Of a DNA stretch of 64,000 nucleotides, positions 10,239-18,633 are shown one piece after another. Position 1 is the stretch's first letter. Each line of letters starts with the position of its first letter. The position numbers and the translations under genes are program-made. Below the pieces are notes generated by a model. That model saw nothing but the letters and a program-made list of their open reading frames with translations, was not told where the DNA came from and searched no databases. The DNA is from an uncultured Chthonomonadaceae bacterium (GTDB lineage: Bacteria > Armatimonadota > Chthonomonadetes > Chthonomonadales > Chthonomonadaceae): positions 448,001 through 512,000 of the forward strand of contig CAWIEK010000053.1 in NCBI GenBank assembly GCA_963835065.1, given 5' to 3'.

Positions 10239-11584
10239 ACGGGGTTGCTGCTGGCCTTCCCTGTGGAACCTTCTGCCTTCAGCGGCGCGTTAAAGAGGAC
10301 TATTGCCCCGGCGGGATATGTTTCTGCGTGACCGACTGCTACCCGAATAGGTTCTCCTTTTCCCGGCAGGTAGATAAAACCACCATACGGGAAGAACAAA
10401 CTATCGCCGGGCTGATAGTGCAGATGCAAATTCCCTGCTTTTAGCTGCAATCCTCGCGTATTGGGATAAATCAGCCAACCCATCTCTTGCGTCCAGAAGG
10501 AGGAATACCCCACCGGCAGGACCGGCGGGGGAATCGGCGCAGGTTGTAAGGGCATCGTCGAGGACACGCCCGACGGCTTGGCGAAGTGGATGTTGACAAC
10601 AAAGCCGCCTCCTGAGGGATAGAGACCCCCCTCGCCCGCATACACTCGGATCAGACGCGCAGGAGTGCCCGGCATATCCATCCAGCCTCCTTCGGGGAAT
10701 ACAACCAGGTCCCCGGAGGAGTACGTTGCCAGGGGGATCGGCGGAGCAAGCATTTCCGAAGTCTGCGCGTGAGACGCGGAACCAAGTTGGCGAAAGTAGT
10801 CGGGCGTAAGGCTGCTGTCAAGGGCATGGTAGAACGCCAGCAGCATCGCCACTTTTTTGTGCAAGATAGGGTTCTGATCTACTGCCTGCCAGAAATGTTG
10901 ATCTCCACAGAAGAGCAGTTCACACAGGGAAGCCACATCTTCATCATAATCGGCAACCGCATAATCATTGGCAAATCCCTGCTTCCAGTACACGGAAGCA
11001 TCACTCCGCAGGAACTGTCCCTTCTTGATTGCTGTCATCCCTCCCTTGCCATAATGAAACCCCGGCGGGTTAAGCGCCAGCCATTGTTTGTGTGAGAACT
11101 TGTCGGCATGATTGGCAAACAGAACATGGGCGAACTCGTGATGCAGTTCCCTTTCAAAGTAAGCGTCTAAATAGGCTTCGCTGTACTCGGTTCTATCTCC
11201 CTGATAGCGAAGGTATATCCACTTTGTTTCTTCATTTCCAACACCGCCAATATCGGTATTGTAGTAGGAGAGTTGTTGAACAACGTAAATGCGTTTGAGG
11301 TTCTTGTGCAGCAGACCAACCGGGTACTTGGCGAGACCGGGGAGCAGAATGCTTAATGCCTTCTCGACATTGGAAACGTCCAGAGGAGCCACTTTCACGG
11401 AAACAGGAGGCGGGTACCAGTCGGCAGGAAACATGGTTTTATCCACGTCACAGGCGATTTCCACTCCTGTTCGGGCATCCCGATAGCGATTACTCTGTTG
11501 AGCAGCCCCGGCTTGCGGCGTGAAGGACAGGATCACTAACCAGCCGAGCAGCAAAAGGAAAAGATTGTGGTGACAGATTTTCAT
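10232..11584 (-). CDS. Secreted zincin-like metallopeptidase (immunity position of module 3)
   Basis: Signal peptide MKICHHNLFLLLLGWLVILSFTPQAGA; HHEFAH and downstream YA...EDVA; C-terminal duplicated Y-x-x-GD-x-x-x-FP-x-GG motif. Confidence 0.8.
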   Translation of the reverse strand: MKICHHNLFLLLLGWLVILSFTPQAGAAQQSNRYRDARTGVEIACDVDKTMFPADWYPPPVSVKVAPLDVSNVEKALSILLPGLAKYPVGLLHKNLKRIYVVQQLSYYNTDIGGVGNEETKWIYLRYQGDRTEYSEAYLDAYFERELHHEFAHVLFANHADKFSHKQWLALNPPGFHYGKGGMTAIKKGQFLRSDASVYWKQGFANDYAVADYDEDVASLCELLFCGDQHFWQAVDQNPILHKKVAMLLAFYHALDSSLTPDYFRQLGSASHAQTSEMLAPPIPLATYSSGDLVVFPEGGWMDMPGTPARLIRVYAGEGGLYPSGGGFVVNIHFAKPSGVSSTMPLQPAPIPPPVLPVGYSSFWTQEMGWLIYPNTRGLQLKAGNLHLHYQPGDSLFFPYGGFIYLPGKGEPIRVAVGHAETYPAGAIVLFNAPLKAEGSTGKASSNPVP

Positions 11585-11771
11585 GCGTCTGTGTTCCTTG
11601 ATCGTTGATCGTTCCAGAGGTATTGGCTTGCTCATGTTCGGAAATGATGGTAGCCCGAGCTCCTAACAGGAATGGGGCTGCCATGATTGCTGGCAAAGAG
11701 AAACGTAGAACAACGCCTCTTCGCCAGCATCATTCCTCATCAACCCTTCGGGATCTACGACGGAGGTAATG

Positions 11772-12868
11772 TCAACGATTCACATTTCCTTCTCCTGCTC
11801 CCGCCTCATCTGCCGGTGGGTTAGGTTCTGCCGAGACAGGAGGTATGGGCACGGGACCGTCAGGAGGGGGAGTGCCCGTCGTCGGCAGTCCGGGATAATC
11901 ACTGCCTCCGGGACTGCCTATGGAAGGTCTAGGCACAACTGGCTTAAGTGAAGGCGGATGTTTTAGTGGGGGATACCGGGGCTCCATCACTGGCGGGGCT
12001 GGCCGGGCCTTTACAGGTGGCAGTGTAGGCAGCTGTGGATGCCCCACGGGCGATGGATTGCGTACAATCGGCTTCCGTGGTGGTTGTCGTTTACCCTGCA
12101 AACCTTCCGCATCAATATCCACGAGCGGGTTGTTATCGCAGTAGGCGTACCAGTTGGTTCCGGCCTTAGCGGGATCCGAGGAGAGGAACCTGCCAATGGA
12201 AGGGTCGTAGTAGCGGTGTCCGAGCAGTTGCAGGCTGGAGTCACTGTCGCTCTGGTACTGAGACTTGCCGACAAAGCCGAACGGAGTTGGGGTTGTGCCT
12301 GTCCTGCTCAGCGTGTTGCCGAACGCATCGTAGAGGATGCTGTCGGTGACTGTCTGCGTACTGTCAGTAATGCCTCTGGTGCTGCCAAGCGCGTCGGCAT
12401 GAAGGAACTTGCTCGTACTTCCCCTTCGTTCGCTCAGGCCGGGCGTGTAGACGGCGCTTCCGTCTTTGAGAACCGCGCTTGCCGGACTGCTCCCGTCGCA
12501 AACGTAGTTCTTCGTGCCGCTGCTGTCTACCTTCTGTACGCGCAAGTCTTCGCCGTTGTAGCGGAACGTGTTGACTGCGCTGCCGGGGTACGTGATGGAG
12601 GTGACGCGGTTCTCCACATCGTAGCTCAGGCTGGTGACGCTGCTGCCTACCGTAACGGACGTGCAGTTGCCGTTGCTGTCGTAGCCATACGTCTTGTTCG
12701 TGCCTCCTGTGATGCCCGTCAGCTTGTCATGGGCATCATAGGAGTACGTGTCCGTGACGCCATTCAGCGCTTTGCTCTTGCGGTTGTGGTTGTGGTCGTA
12801 AGTGAAGGCAAGCGTGTAGCCTAAGCCATTCCCGTTGCTTCGGCTTTCTCCCGTGAGTTGGTCGGTCC
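11772..12868 (-). pseudogene. Orphan Rhs module 3: core fragment + Pro-rich low-complexity CT
   Basis: Core from TDQLTGES to DAEGL, then QGKRQPPRKPIVRNPSP...; the CT may extend past 11772 if frameshifted. Confidence 0.85.
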
Positions 12869-12870
12869 AA

Positions 12871-13413
12871 CTATTTGGAAACGATATTGGAGAGGCTATT
12901 TTGGGCATCGTCACGATTACAGATGTACACCTCATCTCCTGGAGCATACCCGAAGTTTACTCCTACAGCATTCAGTTCGTCGTCTACTACTTCATACACC
13001 ATTCCTTGCCCTTTGAAGTATAAACCGGTCTCCGTTCTGTGAAACACAACCAGGTGATCTCCTCGACGTATACCATTCTTCTTGCCGCGATTAACGCCAA
13101 AGAAGTCGCCGGTAATGAAGTTTACCTTTGCCGCTTTAGCAGGATAGATGTAAGCGGGCTTAGGAGATGGCAATAGATCACTTTGCATCTTCATCAGTTG
13201 GAACTGCTGTTCGGCTAATTCTTGCTCAAGATGCTGAACTCTCTGTTTAAGATTTGTAACACGAAGCGTCAGTTGCAGTTGTTCTGTGCCACTATTTACT
13301 GGAGCCGTGGAATGGCCGTTAGACTGGGGATCAGATGTGGCACAATTGCCGACTAGCACACAAGCTACTACAAAGACGAGTTTTGCTAAGAAATTGTTGC
13401 TAACGAGGTTCAT
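12871..13413 (-). CDS. Exported (possibly lipoprotein) coiled-coil + beta-domain protein, candidate immunity for module 2
   Basis: Hydrophobic N-terminus ending VGNC; GAGGAG RBS; paralogue of 5285-5827. Confidence 0.75.
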   Translation of the reverse strand: MNLVSNNFLAKLVFVVACVLVGNCATSDPQSNGHSTAPVNSGTEQLQLTLRVTNLKQRVQHLEQELAEQQFQLMKMQSDLLPSPKPAYIYPAKAAKVNFITGDFFGVNRGKKNGIRRGDHLVVFHRTETGLYFKGQGMVYEVVDDELNAVGVNFGYAPGDEVYICNRDDAQNSLSNIVSK

Positions 13414-13524
13414 GAGATTGTCTCCTCAAGTTCAGAGTTGGATAAACAGACGGGGATAGTTCCAAGAAGGAGATGTTCCCTATTGTATAATGGGGAACAT
13501 CTCACTGCCACAGGAACTCAGAAC

Positions 13525-15000
13525 TCAGAACCCTTTTGGAAGCGTACGCTCAACGCCTCCATATTCATCGTTTGTGTGAAGACGATGAGGGCGATTGTCT
13601 TTTGGATAAATGTATTTTGATTTACCCGGGTTCTTCGGATCAGGAACTTGGAAGCGAAACCGTTGGTGGCGATCCCGTATGGGACGGCCAGGCTCTACTG
13701 GATGCACAGGGTGCGCCGGGTCAATTACATCAACGTTATCTTCCGTGTGCGAAGAGTTGACGGGTTTATCAGGAGTGCCATCGGGACGCGCATGGTAAGG
13801 ATGTCCAAGCGGGTCTATGGACCACATATCCCGCCAGTATGGGGGAGCATCGCCCAGGCCAATACCTTCCTGCCACTGTTGAATGGGGCCACCATATTCA
13901 TCCCCATATTGATTTACAATAACTAGGCCGTGAACCTCCACCCAGGTACCGTCAGGATTAAGAATGCAGCGATCAGGGTCGTTAGGGTTTGATACTACCT
14001 TCCAGGGATATTGATCGCCTTTTGCTCCTTTCATCGGCGGACAGATGGTACCTTCTTCTCCGGTCGGGTCAATTTCTCGCAAGGGATTGTTGTCGCAGTA
14101 GGCGTACCAGTTGGTTCCGGCCTTTGCCGGATCAGAGGAGAGAAACCTGCCAATGGAGGGATCGTAGTACCTATGGCCCAACAACTGGAGGCTACTATCC
14201 GCGTCCGTCTGGTACTGCTTGCTGCCGACAAAGCCGAACGGCGTGGGCGTGGTTCCGGTTCTACTGAGCGTGTTGCCGAACGCATCGTACAACATGCTGT
14301 CGGTAACGGTCTGCGTGCTGTCGGTGATGCCGCGTGTGGTACCAAGCGCATCGGCATGAAGGAACTTGCTCGCGCTGCCTCTTCTTTCCGACAAGCCGGG
14401 CGTGTAGACTGCCGCGCCATCTTTCAAACAGCGCTTGCCGGACTGCTGCCGTCGCAGACATAGTTCTTCGTGCCGCTGCTGTCTACCTTCTGCGTCCGCA
14501 AGTCTTCGCCGTTGTAGGCAAAGCTGTTGGTGGCAGAACTTGGGTACGTTATGCCCACAACGCGGTTCTCAACGTCGTAAGTGAGGCTGGTGACGCTGCT
14601 GCCAACGGTAACGGACGTGCAGTTGCCGTTGCTGTCGTAGCCGTAGCTCTTGTTCGTGCCTCCGCTAATGCCCGTCAACTTGTCATGGGCATCGTAGCTG
14701 TACGTGTCCGTGACGCTGTTGAGAACTCTGGTATGACGGTTGTGGTTGTGGTCATACGTGAAGGCAAGCGTGTAGCCCAAGCCATGTCCGTTGCCCCGGC
14801 TTTCTCCGGTGAGTTGGTCGGCATTGTCATAGCCGAAACTCGTCACATCGCCGTTGGTGTCCGTGCGTGTACTGACGTTGCTGGCGTAATCATACGTGTA
14901 GCCGTAGTGCGCCAGAACCGTTGCGCTACTGTCCTTGTGCCACACGTCGGTGGTTCAATTAGCGTTGTCGTAAGCGAACGTGCTGACGCTGTTGTTGACA
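13525..15000 (-). pseudogene. Orphan Rhs module 2: core fragment (stop near 14955, frameshift near 14425) + unrecognised CT (family X)
   Basis: ORFs 14424-14945 and 13525-14427; DPTGE then EGTICPPMKG...GGVERTLPKGF. Confidence 0.85.
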
Positions 15001-15013
15001 TATTGCTAGATTC

Positions 15014-15514
15014 TTAGCGCTTTGCGTACAATCTAGTCAAGAACATATCCAAGCCGCTGGGATCAATTTGGTACTCGCGCTTGCCTTGTTTCACATGACC
15101 GTCTTGATCCACTAATAACGTTGGCTGATGTGGTTGTTCAACAATCAAGCGTGTCACAAGTTTGCTAAATCCTTCATCTTGACGTTTTGATCTCAAGTGC
15201 GATTGATGATGCTTGTCACTACGTAAGTGTGACTGCATATCGTATGTGCCTGGCTGAAGTAAGCTAAACAGCTTGCGTGTATCGGTTTTGTTTGTGATAA
15301 CCATTTTACGCCTGAAAACGTGCAAGCGTTCAGGCGTCACGGGTTGGTATGTGTCTAAACCAAAATCGCAGTAATAAACAGTTATTGCGATTTTATTATT
15401 TGAGCTTGTATTTTTGAGCGGCGTGATTGCCCGTGTAGGTATTGCGTACTCTGCAATGGGCATCTGTCTCATGCTACTTTGCAGCAAGAGAACAAGGATG
15501 TAGATCATCATCAT
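15014..15514 (-). CDS. Hypothetical exported protein, candidate immunity
   Basis: 166-aa AT-rich ORF with a hydrophobic N-terminus, downstream of the M91-like CT. Confidence 0.6.
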   Translation of the reverse strand: MMMIYILVLLLQSSMRQMPIAEYAIPTRAITPLKNTSSNNKIAITVYYCDFGLDTYQPVTPERLHVFRRKMVITNKTDTRKLFSLLQPGTYDMQSHLRSDKHHQSHLRSKRQDEGFSKLVTRLIVEQPHQPTLLVDQDGHVKQGKREYQIDPSGLDMFLTRLYAKR

Positions 15515-15828
15515 AGTTTTATATTACCCCTCGCTTTGCACTGTTTTGGCATAGTTAAAATGGGACACTCGATACAGTGCCTATTACTTGCCATATAATG
15601 CGTTGCTTGCTTTCGGCCCAACTCTGCCTGATTTGTAGCCGTTGTCACTCTGAACTCGCAATTGTGTATAGCGAAAAGAATGTGATTGCGTTCGCTGAGT
15701 TCGGGACTAACACCGTTGTACGCATCACACTATTTTAAGCAACAATGGCTTTCGTTAATATCGAAAGCCTCTGTTGTTTGTTGCTGACAATGTGCCTCAA
15801 TAATCAAGAAAAACGCAATATTATTTCA

Positions 15829-15892
15829 ACACAAAGGGCGCATGTGTTCATGTTTAGAGTTAGACATCCTAAACAGGATGCGCCCTTTGTGT
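15829..15892. repeat. Intergenic hairpin
   Basis: Perfect 15-bp IR ACACAAAGGGCGCAT / ATGCGCCCTTTGTGT with inner TGTTTAG/CTAAACA. Confidence 0.7.
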
Positions 15893-15937
15893 CCAAGACA
15901 ACATAGTCAGATGATTTCGAGTTTACCTCCTGTTAAA

Positions 15938-16135
15938 TTGACGTTTAGATAAAATCTAATGGTTGGCTGTTTGCTAAATGTCGGCAGTGCCAACCCTCCA
16001 TAGGTCGAGAATTTACCTATGGCTGAATTATTGAAGAGTCGGGTACGCTGATTCCGCTGCGGCAACCCCTCAATAAATAGGTTTGAGGCTACTTCGATGA
16101 GATTGGCTATCTCATCAGATTTATCTAAACGTCAA
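15938..16135. mobile_element. MITE-like element with 8-bp TSD
   Basis: Perfect 16-bp TIR TTGACGTTTAGATAAA / TTTATCTAAACGTCAA, flanked by direct repeats CTGTTAAA (15930-15937, 16136-16143). Confidence 0.8.
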
Positions 16136-16158
16136 CTGTTAAAGATGATCAGTTCAAA

Positions 16159-17286
16159 TCAGTACGCCCTTCGTTGCGGCAGGCCAAGCTCACGCGCAAT
16201 TGGGTTTTCGTTTTTGTTTGTGTTGTTCATGTTTCCTGGCCCGTCATCACCCACACCCGTTTCCGCATGCCCTAGCTCATGTGCCAGCATTTGTGTGGGC
16301 GTGGGGTGACCGATATATGGAATCGGTAAGTACGGTATCGGCGGGAGCAATTGCGTGGGAGGGCTAGGCCCATCAGGGTCGAAATGGATCTTCCTAGGCA
16401 ATGGCTTATATGGAATTGGGCTAGAGACCGTCCGCTCCGTACCCGGATATGGATATATGGGGTCTGTCGGTTTCAATGGTACAATAATGACGGGGGTTCC
16501 ACCTCCTGCGGTGATTTGCCGCCCTCTTTTAGTACCTTGGATTGCCCTGATCATTTTTTGGATTTTCTCTTTTTGCTTTTTCGAAAATCCTTTTCCAATT
16601 ATCGGTGGCTCCAGCCCTAACGGGTCAATTTGCGTAAGCGGATTGTTGTCGCAGTAGGCATACCAGTTGGTTCCATCCTGAATGGGGTCTTGGCTGAGGA
16701 ACCTGCCGATGCTTGGATCGTAGTAGCGGTGTCCGAGCAGTTGCAGACTGCTGTCACTGTCGCTCTGGTACTGACTGGCTCCGACAAAGCCGAAGGGAGT
16801 AGGTGTGGTTCCAGTTCTACTGAGCGTGTTGCCGAACGCATCGTACAACAGGCTGTCAGTAACGGCCTGAGTGCTGTCGGTGATGCCGCGTGTGCTGCCA
16901 AGCGCATCGGCGTGGAGGAACTTGCTCGCGCTTCCTCTTCTTTCCGACAATCCGGGTGTGTAGACCGCGCTTCCATCCTTCAAGACTGCGCTTGCCGGAG
17001 AGGAACCGTCACAGACATAGTTCTTCGTGCCGCTGCTGTCTACCTTCTGCGTCCGCAAGTCTTCGCCGTTGTAGGCAAAGCTGTTGGTTGTGCTGCCGGG
17101 GTACGTGATGCCCACAACGCGGTTCTCGACATCATAAGTGAGGCTGGTGACGCTGCTGCCAACGGTAACGGACGTGCAGTTGCCGTTGCTGTCATAACCA
17201 TACGTTTTGTTCGTGCCTCCCGTTATGCCCGTCAGCTTGTCATGGGCATCGTAGGAGTACGTGTCCGTGACGCTGTTGAGAACTCT
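16159..17286 (-). pseudogene. Orphan Rhs module 1: core fragment + M91/NleD-like zinc metallopeptidase CT
   Basis: DPLGL then ...LAHELGHA...NENPIARELGLPQRRAY. Core homology starts 1 nt after the upstream stop codon. Confidence 0.85.
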
Positions 17287-17287
17287 A

Positions 17288-17722
17288 TCAATGGTTTAGC
17301 AGTTCATAGTAGACTTTGCAATCTTTGCGTCTCACGAAGTAAGTAATCCCAATGCCATTCGGGTTTATAGCATCTGGGGTGAATAACAGGCGACCTTCCT
17401 TGTCGCGTTGCATTGGCGGTGCGGCAGCGATGAAGTAGATGTAGATGTTCTTTGCATCTTCCCCGATGTTTACCGTGTACTTCGTAAGTCGCTTTTGCAC
17501 TATGGTTACATCGGCGCGTTGCTTGAATTTGGCGTAAGCGGCCTCAAAGGCTTGAAGTTGCTCTCCCGACACATGTACGGAGTCATCGGCATGCAAGGCA
17601 TTGTCCATTGCTTCTTCCCGTCTGGAAGCTTCCTCTTGGTTCACCTCCTGCCCTTGCCCCTTATAGATCAAACCGTCAACCATCAAGATCAACAATAGAT
17701 ATACTCCAGATTTTATAAGCAT
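17288..17722 (-). CDS. Hypothetical exported protein, candidate second immunity gene
   Basis: 144 aa, hydrophobic N-terminus, directly follows the ankyrin gene. Confidence 0.65.
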   Translation of the reverse strand: MLIKSGVYLLLILMVDGLIYKGQGQEVNQEEASRREEAMDNALHADDSVHVSGEQLQAFEAAYAKFKQRADVTIVQKRLTKYTVNIGEDAKNIYIYFIAAAPPMQRDKEGRLLFTPDAINPNGIGITYFVRRKDCKVYYELLNH

Positions 17723-17746
17723 ACGTTCGCCCTTTCCGCGAAGTGG

Positions 17747-18427
17747 CTACTCCTTTGCGCCAGCGGCTTCCAGAAGTTTGATAATTTCTGTCCGTTTCTT
17801 CTGCTTTGCCAACATCAGCGCCGTTTCACCATCCTTGTTCTTGACGTTGACATCTGCGTTGTACTTGATGACCAACTTCACTACCAGTGGGTTGCCCTGC
17901 CATACTGCAGTAAACAAAGGCGTATTTTTTCGAGTGTTTTGATGATTGACATCTACCTTCTTGTCCAGCAGTAGCTGTACAATATCCACATGACCGCGAG
18001 AGCATGCGAAGAACAAAGGGGTGTCTCCTAACATATTAACAGCATTGATGTCTGCGCCCTGCTGTATCAACCACCTAACCGTCGCCGAGCGCCCGGCAAT
18101 ACATGCTTCCATAAGCGGAGTACGCCCATAGATATCAGCCCCGCTAATCGTTGCGCCTTTTGATACCAGAAAGCGTACAATGTTCAAGCCACTCAGTCCC
18201 GCAGCCATTTGCAAGGGTCTCTGGTTTTCCACACCATAACCATTTACATCAGCCCCTTGTTGCACCACCTTCCGTACACCATTGATGTCGTCTTTTTCCA
18301 CTGCTCGAAATAAGCGCGTGAGTAGCTGTGGGTTTGCTCCGTCCTGTGCTCTTGTAGACGCACAGGTAAGTACGCTTACAGTTACAAGACATTGCAGCAG
18401 TAGTAAGCATCGTAAGATATAATTCAT
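17747..18427 (-). CDS. Ankyrin-repeat protein with signal peptide, candidate cognate immunity of the primary Rhs
   Basis: Multiple GxTPLxxA...GADIN repeats; ATG at 18427 with GGAGG RBS; MNYILRCLLLLQCLVTVSVLTCASTRA signal. Confidence 0.9.
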   Translation of the reverse strand: MNYILRCLLLLQCLVTVSVLTCASTRAQDGANPQLLTRLFRAVEKDDINGVRKVVQQGADVNGYGVENQRPLQMAAGLSGLNIVRFLVSKGATISGADIYGRTPLMEACIAGRSATVRWLIQQGADINAVNMLGDTPLFFACSRGHVDIVQLLLDKKVDVNHQNTRKNTPLFTAVWQGNPLVVKLVIKYNADVNVKNKDGETALMLAKQKKRTEIIKLLEAAGAKE

Positions 18428-18507
18428 TACCAATCCTCCTGACGATGGTAGCCTGTAACTCAAAAGGGAACAACAGACTGCCAACAAGGTTTGCATCCAA
18501 GTTCTTA

Positions 18508-18618
18508 AGTAACCCAAGTTGCTATCTTCAACGTTGTTTGAGATAGCGGCGTACCAAAAGTGGTATTTTGCTCCTAAACTTTCGAGATGGAGAAGGTAGG
18601 ATAGCAACATGGGTCACT
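18508..18618. repeat. Imperfect inverted-repeat element in the CT-immunity spacer
   Basis: AGTAACCCAAGTTGCTATC / GATAGCAACATGGGTCACT, 17/19 complementary. Confidence 0.5.
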
Positions 18619-18633
18619 CAGTATTAGAACCAT

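Noticed and set aside
11660..11775. A second DPEGL motif in another frame just after the module 3 CT
   Set aside because: No preceding Rhs core motif and the frame is short; chance or a frameshifted CT tail, which cannot be resolved here.
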